64,000 bases of DNA from an uncultured Candidatus Saccharibacteria bacterium (GCA_964574655.1 CAZNOH010000001.1:9852-73851), one strand, 5' to 3'. Counted from the first letter of the stretch, positions 28,866-39,333 are shown. Notes: generated by a model not told the origin, from the sequence alone. Program-made: numbers and translations.

Positions 28866-29618
28866 ATGATTGAATGGATAAAAGTTGTGATTAATAATTT
28901 TATTCCTATTGTAAAAGAATTGCTAAGTGCAAGAATTTCAAAAATGAGGCAAGTGATTGTTAATTTTCGATATTGGAGATTGATGTCATTTGTTTTTGTA
29001 TCTGTTTGTTTGTTGGTAGTCTTTTTGTTTAATGCTAATTTGAGTTATGAAAATTTAGATTCAGACTTTGATGTTAAATCTAATATTGTTGATTTGAATA
29101 AGCGAGATGTTGGAATCTTGAATTATCAAGATGTGATTTTGTCTTCAGGGCCATTTTTGGATTCTGGCAATGTTGTTTTTGATAGGCCACAAAAACAGAT
29201 TGTTGTCGTAGAAAAAAGATTTGAGAAAATAAAAGTGAAGGAAAAATTGAAGAGAGATTTTTGGAGGGTGTTTTTTGTTGTAGATGATAAATCATTGGAT
29301 GCAAAAGCTACGAGATGGAAGGCTGATCTTTCGCAGATGAGATACATATGTAATTCAAATTGGAATAGACGAGCTGATGTTGTTTGCAAGAGACATGATT
29401 ATTTTTGTACTGTTGCATTTGAGATTGTTTTGGACGGACAGAAATATAAAGTTGTTTTTAGATCAGATGTTGCTATGAATGGCTTTGACAGGGTAAGTAA
29501 GATGAAAGTGTATGTTTGGGGACAAGAAAATATGAAAATTGATATAGAAAACAGTAAGGATTTGGTTGGCAAAATAATTGCATTAAGACCAAAGTGTTCG
29601 CCTTTTTCAAGTGATTAG
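28866..29618 (+). CDS. Single-TM hypothetical protein; SD-linked ATG (28847) is out of frame
   Basis: TGTTCTTTGAAAA 28818-28830 and AAGGAGGG precede ATG 28847, which reads MAWLKKND*. Confidence 0.65.
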   Translation: MIEWIKVVINNFIPIVKELLSARISKMRQVIVNFRYWRLMSFVFVSVCLLVVFLFNANLSYENLDSDFDVKSNIVDLNKRDVGILNYQDVILSSGPFLDSGNVVFDRPQKQIVVVEKRFEKIKVKEKLKRDFWRVFFVVDDKSLDAKATRWKADLSQMRYICNSNWNRRADVVCKRHDYFCTVAFEIVLDGQKYKVVFRSDVAMNGFDRVSKMKVYVWGQENMKIDIENSKDLVGKIIALRPKCSPFSSD

Positions 29619-29761
29619 TTTGTTCTTTTTGGGGTCAAAATGCTATATTCTGGCATTTTTTTATTGATTGTTGTCTTGTTTGTGGCGAAATCTAATTTTT
29701 TCTTGCATTATTTAATATTACGTGGTAAGATAAGAAATACAAATTTTAAAATTATTACATT

Positions 29762-30265
29762 ATGAAGTACGAATTATCAATGTTTTTGTCGCCTAAAATG
29801 ACCGATGAGCAGGCAGAAAAAAAGACAAAAGAATTAGAAAAAATCCTAGCAAAATTTGATGCGAAAATTTTAGAATCAAATTTTTTAGGAATGAAAGATT
29901 TGGCTTATCCAATCAAGCATTTTAATCAAGGATATTATTTTATTGTTAAAATTGAGGCTGATCAGACTAAAATTAAAAAGATAAGATACCAAGTTTGTGA
30001 TGAATTAGAAGCTGTCAGATTATTAGTGACCAAACAAGAAAAAGATATTAAATTAGAAACTGAAAATAAAGTTGAAGGCGAAGTAAAAGAATTAGCAATA
30101 GAAGATAAAGGCGAAGTCATTTCTGAAAAGAAAGAAGAGAAGAAAGAGAAAAAGATGGTTGAAGATAAGGTTGAAGAAAAACCAATTCTTAAAAAAGAAA
30201 AGCCAGAAGAAACAGATATGGATAAAAAATTAGATAAAATTCTGGAAGAAGATATTGTTGATTAA
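29762..30265 (+). CDS. rpsF: 30S ribosomal protein bS6 with charged C-terminal tail
   Basis: MKYEL...LGMKDLAYPIKH...GYY; rpsF-ssb-rpsR order. Confidence 0.93.
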   Translation: MKYELSMFLSPKMTDEQAEKKTKELEKILAKFDAKILESNFLGMKDLAYPIKHFNQGYYFIVKIEADQTKIKKIRYQVCDELEAVRLLVTKQEKDIKLETENKVEGEVKELAIEDKGEVISEKKEEKKEKKMVEDKVEEKPILKKEKPEETDMDKKLDKILEEDIVD

Positions 30266-30297
30266 TTAAAAAAGTTATTTTAAAAATAAATATTTGT

Positions 30298-30390
30298 GAG
30301 TTCATCCTTGCCTTGGCTTACTAAGTTAAGCACTAGGAAACTCTGCTTGATTCCCGCAATATACGGGATTTTGGCGGATAAGGAGTAGAG
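30298..30390 (+). ncRNA. Candidate structured RNA or cis-element between rpsF and ssb
   Basis: GC-enriched patch with several nested and alternative stems. Confidence 0.35.
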
Positions 30391-30402
30391 CTTTAAAAAT
30401 CT

Positions 30403-31026
30403 ATGGATTTGAACAAAGCAATGATTATCGGAAGATTGACTCGTGATCCAGAAACGAAAACTATTCCTACGGGATCAAATGTTTGTACATTTGGAGTTGC
30501 AACTAATTTGATGTGGAAAGATGCATCTGGCCAAAGACAAGAAAAGGTTGAGTACCACAATATTGTTACATGGAGAAAGTTAGCTGATATTTGCAGCCAA
30601 TATTTAACAAAAGGCAAGAAAGTTTATATTGAGGGCAGATTGCAGACTCGCGATTGGGTTGGACAAGATGGAGCAAGGAGAAACAGAACTGAGATAGTTG
30701 CGGAAAATATGATTATGCTTGATTCAAAAGGTATGAACCAAACAGCTAATACAGGAAGTTTTGCAAATCGAAATTCTGTACAAACTCAACCACAAGTAAC
30801 ACCTGCAGTTAGACCAGTTAATCAAAATTCTGAAAGCTTTGGAGCTGTTTCAAAGCCTGTTTCTGAGAATTTACCTTCAATTTCTTTGGAAGAGCCAGCT
30901 AATTCAATAGCGCCAGCTATGCCTGTTCAAAATGTAATGCCAAAAGCAATTCCAAGCCCAACCGTATCAGTTGCAACAGAAGTAAAGAAAGACGAAGAAA
31001 TTAGAGTTGAGGATATTCCATTTTAG
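30403..31026 (+). CDS. ssb: Single-stranded DNA-binding protein
   Basis: NKAMIIGRLTRDPE, KGKKVYIEGRLQTR, C-terminal EDIPF. Confidence 0.98.
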   Translation: MDLNKAMIIGRLTRDPETKTIPTGSNVCTFGVATNLMWKDASGQRQEKVEYHNIVTWRKLADICSQYLTKGKKVYIEGRLQTRDWVGQDGARRNRTEIVAENMIMLDSKGMNQTANTGSFANRNSVQTQPQVTPAVRPVNQNSESFGAVSKPVSENLPSISLEEPANSIAPAMPVQNVMPKAIPSPTVSVATEVKKDEEIRVEDIPF

Positions 31027-31134
31027 AGCTTCGGAGCGTAGGAACTTTGGAACTTCGGAAAATGAACATTTGAAATCAAAAATTGGATACGAACTAGTAT
31101 TTTTAATTTTTTATTTTTTTATATTTTAAAATGT

Positions 31135-31350
31135 ATGGCGGAGACTATTTTTAGAAAACCGTGTATGCTCTGCGCGGAAAAAATTGAGGTGATTAACTAT
31201 CGAGACGTTAATTTTTTAAAAAAATTTTTAACTCCTTATGTAAAAATTGCCTCTACTAGAAGATCTGGAAATTGCGCAAGACACCAAAGAATGGTGGCAA
31301 AGGCAATCAAAAGAGCAAGAGTATTAGGATTACTTCCTTTTATTAGATAG
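31135..31350 (+). CDS. rpsR: 30S ribosomal protein bS18
   Basis: INYRDVNFLKKF...GNCARHQR..AKAIKRAR.LGLLPF. Confidence 0.96.
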   Translation: MAETIFRKPCMLCAEKIEVINYRDVNFLKKFLTPYVKIASTRRSGNCARHQRMVAKAIKRARVLGLLPFIR

Positions 31351-31354
31351 CAAG

Positions 31355-31397
31355 CGCTGATTTTACGCTGATTTCTAACGCTGATTTGACGCTGATA
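31355..31397. repeat. CGCTGATTT micro-tandem repeat (near-identical copy at 61204-61246)
   Basis: Four ~12-bp units. Confidence 0.8.
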
Positions 31398-31438
31398 TTT
31401 TGGTTAACATGTTAATATTGTTCTATAATTTTTTTATT

Positions 31439-33286
31439 ATGGATAAAATAAAATTAAAATTAGAGGAATTAAGAAAGAAGGGTCTGGTTGATTCTGCTTT
31501 TAAAAATATAAATGATTGGCTTTCAAATTCTGATTGCCAATCTTTTTTTGGTGAAATTGAAAAGATGATTTTGGATAGCAATGTTGACGATTTGAATAAT
31601 GCTTTTTTTCAGGTTATTCCTTTTGGGACTGGAGGAAGAAGGGGAATGATGGGCGTAGGTTCTAACAGAATTAACATTCGGACAATTTCTGAATCAGCTC
31701 AAGGTTTTGCAGATTATTTAATTGAATATTTCGGCAGCAAGGTATTGAAAAAGGGTATTGTGGTTACTTATGATGTTCGTCATAATTCACGTCTTTTTGC
31801 AGAAATAGCGGCTTCAGTTTTTGCTGGAAATAATTTTAAGGTTTATTTTTATGAAGGTGTTAGATCAACTCCGCAAATCTCTTTTACAATCAGAAAAATG
31901 AAGGTTGTTGGCGGGGCAATGATTAGTGCTAGTCATAACCCTCCTTCTGATAATGGCATTAAAATATACTTTGATAATGGTGGACAGATTGTTCCGCCTC
32001 ATGACAAAAATATTATTAATAAAGTCATGGCTGTAAAAAAAATAAAAACAATTGATTTTGATAAAGCAAAACAAAGTGGAAAAATAAAAATTTTGGGTAA
32101 AAAAGTTGATCAAGATTTTATTGATACGGTTAGCAAATTGTCATTAGGAAATTATCGTGATGTCCATATTTTGTTTACTCCTTTAAATGGTTGTGCGAGT
32201 ACTTCTTTTTTGCCAGTCTTGAAAAATGTTGGTTTTAAAAAAATAGAAACAGTAAAAAGTCAGATGGCTTGTGATCCAGATTTCAAAGGCGTTGCAAAAC
32301 AGATTCCTAATCCAGAAGTGCCGATTTCTTTAGACATAGCAACTAAGCAGGCTAAAAAAAGCAAAGTTGATGTGCTAGTAGCAGCTGATCCTGATGCTGA
32401 TAGAATTGGCGTTGTCAGTCCTAAGACAATAAAAAAGGAAAATTATGTATTTATGAATGGCAATCAGATTGGCGTTCTGCTTTTAGATTATATTACGAAA
32501 ATATTAAGCAAGAAAACTGACTTGAAAAAATCAATGGTAATTAAGACTGTTGTGACAACTGATTTGTTGACAAAAATTGCAGTTGATAATGGCTGTAAAG
32601 TAATTACTGATTTGCCAGTTGGTTTTAAATATATTGGCAATGCAATTGATGAAAGATTAAAAGGCAATAAATTTTTATTTGGTGCAGAAGAAAGTCATGG
32701 ATATTTGTATGGAGATTATGCTCGAGATAAAGATGGCGCAATTGCAGCATTATTGATTTGTGAGTATGCAGCTTTATTAAAAAAAGAAGGTAAGACTTTA
32801 TTTGAGCAACTAGAGATTATAAAGAAAAAATATGGTTATTATCGAGAATTATTGCAAGCTGTCTTTTATAAAGGTATGGATGGGATGGACAAGATGAAAA
32901 AAATCATGGATAAAATTAGATCAAAATTACCAACTAAAGTTTCTGGCTTGGAAGTTTTTACTGTTCTTGATCAATTAGAAAAGAAGTTTATTGATCCAAA
33001 AACTAGTAAAGTTGTTGGCAAATATATTGGCTTTCCGGATAATGCTTTGATATTTTATTTGAATAAAGAAAAAACAATTAGGGTGGTTGTTAGACCATCC
33101 GGAACTGAACCAAAAATTAAATTTTATGCAGCTTGTGGAATGGAAGTTGGAGAAGAAAAATCTGAAAAGGAGTATAACGAGATTAAATTAAAATGTGATA
33201 AATTGGTGCATGAAATTTTGGAAGACTTTGTTCTAAGAGCAGAGAAAATTTCTGCTGGTGGTGAAAGATTTGAAATACTAGGATAA
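31439..33286 (+). CDS. Phosphoglucomutase/phosphomannomutase
   Basis: FGTGGRRG, SASHNP, DPDADR, EESHG, RPSGTEPKIK. Confidence 0.93.
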   Translation: MDKIKLKLEELRKKGLVDSAFKNINDWLSNSDCQSFFGEIEKMILDSNVDDLNNAFFQVIPFGTGGRRGMMGVGSNRINIRTISESAQGFADYLIEYFGSKVLKKGIVVTYDVRHNSRLFAEIAASVFAGNNFKVYFYEGVRSTPQISFTIRKMKVVGGAMISASHNPPSDNGIKIYFDNGGQIVPPHDKNIINKVMAVKKIKTIDFDKAKQSGKIKILGKKVDQDFIDTVSKLSLGNYRDVHILFTPLNGCASTSFLPVLKNVGFKKIETVKSQMACDPDFKGVAKQIPNPEVPISLDIATKQAKKSKVDVLVAADPDADRIGVVSPKTIKKENYVFMNGNQIGVLLLDYITKILSKKTDLKKSMVIKTVVTTDLLTKIAVDNGCKVITDLPVGFKYIGNAIDERLKGNKFLFGAEESHGYLYGDYARDKDGAIAALLICEYAALLKKEGKTLFEQLEIIKKKYGYYRELLQAVFYKGMDGMDKMKKIMDKIRSKLPTKVSGLEVFTVLDQLEKKFIDPKTSKVVGKYIGFPDNALIFYLNKEKTIRVVVRPSGTEPKIKFYAACGMEVGEEKSEKEYNEIKLKCDKLVHEILEDFVLRAEKISAGGERFEILG

Positions 33287-33360
33287 TAAATTTTACACAA
33301 ATTAAAAACTAATTAGATATAAATAAAAAACGAGAATTGAACCTCGTTTTTTTAATTACT

Positions 33361-33837
33361 TTATATTTCTACTAATTTTTTTTCGTAATCTAGGACTAAT
33401 GTTTTTTTATTCTTTTTGATTATTTTTTGTCCTTCTTGCTTTAAAATTTTGGCTTGATTGGCGATTCCGCCTGGATATTTTTCATTCAATTCGCCATCTT
33501 TTTTTAGCGTTCTCCAATATGGTGTAATTTTTTTCTTGCCTTCCTGTCTCGCTTCTTCAGCAGCATGAGCTGATATCCATGTAAAGATGCCACAAGTAAG
33601 CGGACAGCCGATATCAGTGCCATGTTTTTTGGCAACTTTTTGGCGAATGATGTCGGTTGTAATTAATTTTCCTCTCGGGACTTTGGCCATAATATTGTTA
33701 ACTTCCATTGGTGAGGGGACAGTCATTGTCTCTCCTTTCCAATGAGTTTGAGCTTCTTTATCTAGTTTAACAATCTTTGGCAAATCTTTGCTGTCTTTTA
33801 ATTTTTCTTGCCATGATTTTTTCTTTTTAGTTGCCAT
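33361..33837 (-). CDS. MGMT/Atl1-like alkylated-DNA-binding protein
   Basis: VPRGKLIT, CPLTCGIF, PYWRTLKKDGELN.KYPGG. Confidence 0.75.
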   Translation of the reverse strand: MATKKKKSWQEKLKDSKDLPKIVKLDKEAQTHWKGETMTVPSPMEVNNIMAKVPRGKLITTDIIRQKVAKKHGTDIGCPLTCGIFTWISAHAAEEARQEGKKKITPYWRTLKKDGELNEKYPGGIANQAKILKQEGQKIIKKNKKTLVLDYEKKLVEI

Positions 33838-33891
33838 GTTTTTACGTTATATTTTTAAAAAAAGACAGAATATTGTTCTGTCTTTTAATTA

Positions 33892-34884
33892 TTAAGCTAG
33901 TCCCATATTTTGTTTAACTTTTTCCATTGTTTTTTTGGCTTGTTCCTGGGCTTTATTTGTACTGTTTTGTAAAATTTTTAAGATTTTTGTTTTATCTTTT
34001 AACAATTCTTGTTTTTTGTTTTGGATTGGTTTTAATAATTTTATTAATTCTTGAGCTAAATCTTTTTTGAAATCAGCATAGCTAGTTGAATCTTTATATT
34101 TATTTTGGATTTGTTGTAAAGTCCAGCCAGTTGCTAAATGATAAATTGATAATAGATTTGAGATAGCTGGCTTTTTTTCAGGATCAAAAAATATTTTATT
34201 ATCAGAATCAGTAACTGCAGACATTATTTTTTTCTTAATATCATCTTCTGAATCTGAAAGAGAAATATATGATTTTGGGTTATGAGATTTGGACATTTTT
34301 TTGGTTGCATCTTGCAATGACATTATTTTTGCTCCAACTTCTGGAATGAAATGTTCTGGAATTGTGAATGTTTGACCAAATTTTGTATTAAACTTGTGGG
34401 CTAAAGTTCTGGTTAGTTCAATATGCTGTTTTTGATCATGACCAACTGGTACAATATTTGTTTGATACAGTAAAATATCAGCAGCCTGCAAAACTGGATA
34501 ATCTAGTAGACCGATATTAATGTTTTTGGCATGTTGAGCTTTTTTGTCTTTGAATTGAGTCATTCTTTCTAATTCAGAAATTGGCGTAATTGTATTAAGA
34601 AGCCAAGCAAGTTCGCTATGTTCTTTGATTTTTGATTGGACAAAAATAATTGATTTTTCTGGATTAATTCCGCAAGCGATGTAGGTTGCTATTGTGTCTA
34701 AGATTTTGTCTTGAAATTGTTTTGGATCATAATCAATTGTAATGGCATGTAAATCAACGACACAAAAATAGCAGAGATTACCTTGTTTTTGGAATTCTAA
34801 CCAATTCTTGATTGCACCAAAATAATTTCCGATGTGTAATTCTCCACTAGGTTGGATGCCAGAAAAAACTATTTTTTTAGACAT
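33892..34884 (-). CDS. trpS: Tryptophan--tRNA ligase
   Basis: SGIQPSGELHIGNY, YPVLQAADIL, KKMSKS. Confidence 0.97.
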   Translation of the reverse strand: MSKKIVFSGIQPSGELHIGNYFGAIKNWLEFQKQGNLCYFCVVDLHAITIDYDPKQFQDKILDTIATYIACGINPEKSIIFVQSKIKEHSELAWLLNTITPISELERMTQFKDKKAQHAKNINIGLLDYPVLQAADILLYQTNIVPVGHDQKQHIELTRTLAHKFNTKFGQTFTIPEHFIPEVGAKIMSLQDATKKMSKSHNPKSYISLSDSEDDIKKKIMSAVTDSDNKIFFDPEKKPAISNLLSIYHLATGWTLQQIQNKYKDSTSYADFKKDLAQELIKLLKPIQNKKQELLKDKTKILKILQNSTNKAQEQAKKTMEKVKQNMGLA

Positions 34885-34894
34885 AAAATATATT

Positions 34895-35380
34895 TTATTT
34901 TCTTGTAATAATTAAGCCTCCTAGGAATGTGTGGGTAAAAACAATTTTATTTTTAAATAATATTTGTTCGTGTCCGTTAAATTTTGATATATCTCCTTGC
35001 CAATCAGATTTGTATTGCCAGTCTTTATCAATAAATTCTTTTGGGCCACGTGGTTGGAATCGTTTTTTCTTTTCACCAGCTGATAGAGCTTTTTTTAAAA
35101 AATTGAAAGTTAGGTGGGCAAATTCTGTATTATCTTGAAAACTTTTTTCTATTCCGCCTCCGTAAATTTGTGTCCATAATGGTTTTTTGTTATGCCAAAC
35201 AGTTTCACGGCCCCAAGATTGGAAGAAGCCAGCATAGCTATCTTTATAGTACCATTCATTTTCGGTAAATTCCAATTCTTTGAATCCTGGTTCTTCAGGA
35301 TCCATTTCTGGTCCGCCGCCAGCGTATGTAGCAAGAGTTGCTTTTCCTAAAAAAATATTTAGTTCTTTTAATGATAGCAT
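34895..35380 (-). CDS. Conserved hypothetical protein (DUF5680-like)
   Basis: ATYAGGG, Y.DSY.G...GRETV, FLKKAL...PRGP. Confidence 0.6.
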   Translation of the reverse strand: MLSLKELNIFLGKATLATYAGGGPEMDPEEPGFKELEFTENEWYYKDSYAGFFQSWGRETVWHNKKPLWTQIYGGGIEKSFQDNTEFAHLTFNFLKKALSAGEKKKRFQPRGPKEFIDKDWQYKSDWQGDISKFNGHEQILFKNKIVFTHTFLGGLIITRK

Positions 35381-35390
35381 ATGTCTTTAT

Positions 35391-37082
35391 TTAAACCTCT
35401 ATTATTACAGGTAAAATCATTGGTCTTCTTTGAGTTTTAGTAAATAGAAATTGGCCAATTTGATCACGAACTTTGTTTCTGATATAAGTATCATTTGATG
35501 AAGTCCTTGGGTCATGATCGATCATAATTCTCTTTATTCTTTCTTTAGTTTGTCCAATCAATCTTTTTGATTCTTTCATAAAGACAAAGCCACGAGAAAT
35601 AATATCTGGATCACTGACTAATTTTCCAGTTTTGCCATCCATGGTTAAGATTATTACAAACATGCCATCTTCGGCCATTGCTTGGCGATCTCTTAGGACA
35701 ATATTTGAAACATCACCAACTCCAAGACCATCAACCATGATATGTCCAGCAGGAACTTTTCGTTTTGTTAGCTCGCCAACTACAGTTTCTCCTTGTTTTT
35801 GATATTCCATGATTTGGCCATTGTCGCAGATGAAAATATTTTTTTCTGGCATAATCTTTGTATTTCTAGCAATATCGCCGTGAAGTTTTAGTAGGAAATG
35901 ATTTCCATGGACAGGAATAAAATATTTTGGTTTGGTTAAAGTAATCATTTCTGTTAGATCATCAATAAAACCATGACCGCTGGAATGGACATCCATCATT
36001 TTGTAATGAAAAATGTCTGCACCTAATCTTGTCAAATTATCTTTTAATCTTTGAACACTTCTTTCGTTACCAGGAATTACAGAAGAGGAAAAGATAATAG
36101 AATCTCCTTTTTCAATTTCTATTTCTTTGTGGTCTTGATTTGCAATACGCATCAAAACAGCTGCTTCTTCGCCTTGAGCGCCGGTACATAGAATAATTAT
36201 TTTATCTTTTGGTAATTTTAAGGCTTGTTTAGTGCTGACAAGAATCTTTTTTCCAGTTTTTAAATAGCCTAATTTTCTGCAGATTTCAACATTTGTTTTC
36301 ATTGAAAAACCTTCGATAGCAACCTTCTTGCCTAATTTTTCAGCAATAAAAATAACTTGTTGAATACGAGTAATAAGGGAAGAAAAAGTGGCTAAGATAA
36401 TTCTACCTTTGGCTTCGGAAATGATTTTGCTCAATGTCTCCATAATCGTTTTTTCGGAAATCGAATGGCCTTGATTTTCAGCACCAGTGCTATCTGACAT
36501 CAAAGCTAAAACGCCTTGTTTTCCCATTTTGGCTAATTTTTCTTTGTTGGCTGGCAGGTCGCCAATTGGTGTTGGATCAAATTTGAAATCGCCAGTATGA
36601 ATTACAGTTCCAACAGGTGAGTGGACGATTACTCCATAGCCATCTGGAATATTGTGATTGACTTTGAAAAATTCAACTTTAAATTGACCAAGTTGAATTT
36701 GGTCTTGTTCGTTAATTGTATAAATTGATAATTTTTCTTTTTTATCAAATTCTTCTTGGCGTTTTTCGATCATTGCCCTTGTTAATTTGGCAGTGAAAAT
36801 TGTTGGATTGCCAATGCGATCCATAATGTGAGGGATAGCGCCAATGTGGTCAAAGTGACCATGAGTAATAATAACGCCTCTAATATAGTTTTCTTTGCCT
36901 TTTAAATAGGCGATGTTTGGAATGATATAATCAATTCCGGGCATATTTTCTTCTGGGAACTGCAAGCCCATATCAATAATGATAATGTCTCTTGCATATT
37001 CGATTAAGGTCATATTTCGACCTATTTCTTCTAATCCGCCTAGTGGAATAATTTTTAATTTCGGTATATATTTGTTGTCCAT
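35391..37082 (-). CDS. rnj: Ribonuclease J
   Basis: PLGGLEEIGRNM, THGHFDHIG, HSSGH, RRPMILPVIIEV. Confidence 0.96.
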   Translation of the reverse strand: MDNKYIPKLKIIPLGGLEEIGRNMTLIEYARDIIIIDMGLQFPEENMPGIDYIIPNIAYLKGKENYIRGVIITHGHFDHIGAIPHIMDRIGNPTIFTAKLTRAMIEKRQEEFDKKEKLSIYTINEQDQIQLGQFKVEFFKVNHNIPDGYGVIVHSPVGTVIHTGDFKFDPTPIGDLPANKEKLAKMGKQGVLALMSDSTGAENQGHSISEKTIMETLSKIISEAKGRIILATFSSLITRIQQVIFIAEKLGKKVAIEGFSMKTNVEICRKLGYLKTGKKILVSTKQALKLPKDKIIILCTGAQGEEAAVLMRIANQDHKEIEIEKGDSIIFSSSVIPGNERSVQRLKDNLTRLGADIFHYKMMDVHSSGHGFIDDLTEMITLTKPKYFIPVHGNHFLLKLHGDIARNTKIMPEKNIFICDNGQIMEYQKQGETVVGELTKRKVPAGHIMVDGLGVGDVSNIVLRDRQAMAEDGMFVIILTMDGKTGKLVSDPDIISRGFVFMKESKRLIGQTKERIKRIMIDHDPRTSSNDTYIRNKVRDQIGQFLFTKTQRRPMILPVIIEV

Positions 37083-37188
37083 AATAGTTATAATTTTTAA
37101 GTAAAATAAAAATTTATTTTAAAATGTTTTATTTTTGTTTGTTAAATGTTAAATTGTTTAATTGCTAAATTGTTAAAGTATAAAAATT

Positions 37189-37272
37189 TGCCCTGAGAGA
37201 GATTTGAACTCTCACGCCCTTGCGGGCACTAGCTCCTGAAGCTAGCCTGTATGCCAGTTCCAGCACCAGGGC
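37189..37272 (-). tRNA. tRNA-Leu(CAG)
   Basis: Minus strand GCCCTGG...CAGGGCA acceptor, anticodon arm CTAGC-TTCAGGA-GCTAG, long variable arm, GTTCAAAT T-loop; CCA not encoded. Confidence 0.93.
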
Positions 37273-37372
37273 TTGGGCTAATAACTAAATTCTAAATTAT
37301 AAATAACAAAATTTAAAAAATGTTAGTGATAAAAATTTTTATTTTGTGAGATTTGTGCTGAATTTGTGCAAA

Positions 37373-39103
37373 TTAGGGATTCTTTATTTTTAATTTTGTT
37401 TTCATGTACCAATTTTCCACATCTGAAAATCGGTCTGATGGAACAAAAGTAAATTTTTGGTTGAAGCCTTTAACTTTTTTATTCTGTCCATATAAATAAG
37501 TTGGACTGTATAAAAATATTGCAGGAGCTTCATTGATTAAAAGTTCTTGAAATTTCTGATAGGTTTTTTTACGTTCTTCAGGATTGATTTGTTGACGGGC
37601 AGTTTCTAAAAGTTTATCAATATTATCTCTTTCTAAAGAAGAAAGATTTAAACCTGGATCTTTAGTTTGAGAAGAATGCCAAAAAGGATAAGGATCTGGA
37701 TCGTGACCTAACAATTGTCCATAAAGAAGAGCTTGATATTTTCTGGGACGAATATAATTAGATTGAAGATCTGTTGCCTCTAAAGCTTCAATATTAACTT
37801 TAGCACCAATACTTTCCCAGTTAGATTTAATAATTTCAGCTATTTTTTGAAATTCTGGCTGGTTAATTATAGTTAGAGTTATTTCGAGCGGTATATCTTC
37901 AAAAGTTAAAACATCATTATTTTTTTTCCAGCCACCTTTTTTTAAAGTTTTCTTTGCTTTTTCAATATCAAAGCTATATTTGTTGATTTCAGGACTATAC
38001 TTATAATAATTTGGTAGCAAAATAGGTGAAGTGATATAGGTTGCTTGCTTATCGGAAAAAACTTCGTTAATTATTTTTTCTTGATCAACAGCATAACTCA
38101 AAGCTTGTCGGACAGGCTTGTATTTTAAAGCATCATTTTCATTAGTATTAAAAAAGATAGCATAATATTGAGGTAAATTGAGAAGATATGAATTAATATC
38201 TTTTTTTATATTCTGTTGCTCTTCAAAAGGAATATAGCTGATGGCATCAATTTGTTTTTTATTGTAGGCAGTTATAAGATCAGGATAATCATTGTAAAAT
38301 TTAAAAATTATTTCAGAAAGATATGGTTTTTTATCGTAATAATCATTAAATTTTTCTAGAGTGTAAGAAACAACTTGGCCATTAGTTTTATCTTTTTTAT
38401 ATTCTTTGAATTTGAAAGGACCTGATCCCACTGGAACTAGATTTTGTTCAGAAAAAGGTGCATTTTTTGGAGGAATGTTTTCCCAAACTTTTTTTGGAAT
38501 AATGCCAAAGAGAGTATTTTCGGTGAGAAATGGAGAATATTTATCTTTTAATAATGTAAATTGAACGGTAAAATCATCAATTTTGCTGATTTCAACACCT
38601 TCAAAATTTATTTGCAAAGGGCTTTGATATTCAGGATTTTTGATTGCTGAAACTGTAAAAGCTACATCATCAGCGGTAAATGGTTCGTTATTGTGCCACT
38701 TAATATTATTTTTTAGTTTGAAAGTATATATTTTTTTATCTTTGGAAATTTCGTAAGATTCAGCGAGATCAGGCACCAGTTCTTGATTACTGTTATATTT
38801 CATTAATCCGCGATAAATTAGCTTGGTTAAATCTGAATCTACATCATTAGTTTGAGAATAGATTGGATTAATAAATTTTGGCGTGCCAACAACGCCTTCT
38901 GTGTATTTTCCTCCATTTGTAGCAATTGCCTCAATTCTTTTTGTGTATTGCTGATAGCCTAAAAATCCTAAACTAATGAATAGAATTATGATTAGGCCAA
39001 TGCTCAAGATTTTTTCTTTTTTGTTTAAGGCTTGTGGAAGATATTTGATTTGAGAAAAACGAGGAAGTTTTTGTTTTTTGTCCTCCGTGTTAAATTTGTT
39101 CAT
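37373..39103 (-). CDS. ABC transporter substrate-binding protein, family 5 (peptide-type)
   Basis: LVPDLAESY, F.ADDV.FT, PVGSGPFKF, VRQALSYAVD. Confidence 0.88.
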   Translation of the reverse strand: MNKFNTEDKKQKLPRFSQIKYLPQALNKKEKILSIGLIIILFISLGFLGYQQYTKRIEAIATNGGKYTEGVVGTPKFINPIYSQTNDVDSDLTKLIYRGLMKYNSNQELVPDLAESYEISKDKKIYTFKLKNNIKWHNNEPFTADDVAFTVSAIKNPEYQSPLQINFEGVEISKIDDFTVQFTLLKDKYSPFLTENTLFGIIPKKVWENIPPKNAPFSEQNLVPVGSGPFKFKEYKKDKTNGQVVSYTLEKFNDYYDKKPYLSEIIFKFYNDYPDLITAYNKKQIDAISYIPFEEQQNIKKDINSYLLNLPQYYAIFFNTNENDALKYKPVRQALSYAVDQEKIINEVFSDKQATYITSPILLPNYYKYSPEINKYSFDIEKAKKTLKKGGWKKNNDVLTFEDIPLEITLTIINQPEFQKIAEIIKSNWESIGAKVNIEALEATDLQSNYIRPRKYQALLYGQLLGHDPDPYPFWHSSQTKDPGLNLSSLERDNIDKLLETARQQINPEERKKTYQKFQELLINEAPAIFLYSPTYLYGQNKKVKGFNQKFTFVPSDRFSDVENWYMKTKLKIKNP

Positions 39104-39117
39104 TTAGCTAGTTTGGT

Positions 39118-39333
39118 TTAGAAAAACAGGTTTAGCATTGCCGTAACTAGAAAAAGTACAGCCAAAACTATTGTAGTTATAAAAATGGCTCTTTCTGCAC
39201 CTCTTTTGGTACGGTAAACATTGCCTTCACCGCCAAAGGTGGCAGACAAGCCAACTCCTTTATTTTGAATTAAAATAGTAATCATTAAGAAAACTGCGAT
39301 GATGATTTGAATAACGCTTAAGATATTTGACAT
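39118..39333 (-). CDS. secG: Preprotein translocase SecG
   Basis: ILIQNKGVGLSATFGG...TKRGAER between two TMs. Confidence 0.9.
   Translation of the reverse strand: MSNILSVIQIIIAVFLMITILIQNKGVGLSATFGGEGNVYRTKRGAERAIFITTIVLAVLFLVTAMLNLFF

Noticed and set aside
12155-29618. Prophage or integrative element
   Set aside because: No integrase, terminase, capsid, relaxase or att repeats recognised; genes are mostly monocistronic, and the same leader type recurs outside the island
30380-30386. SD for ssb (AAGGAG)
   Set aside because: About 17 nt from the ATG, too far for canonical spacing, and within a predicted stem
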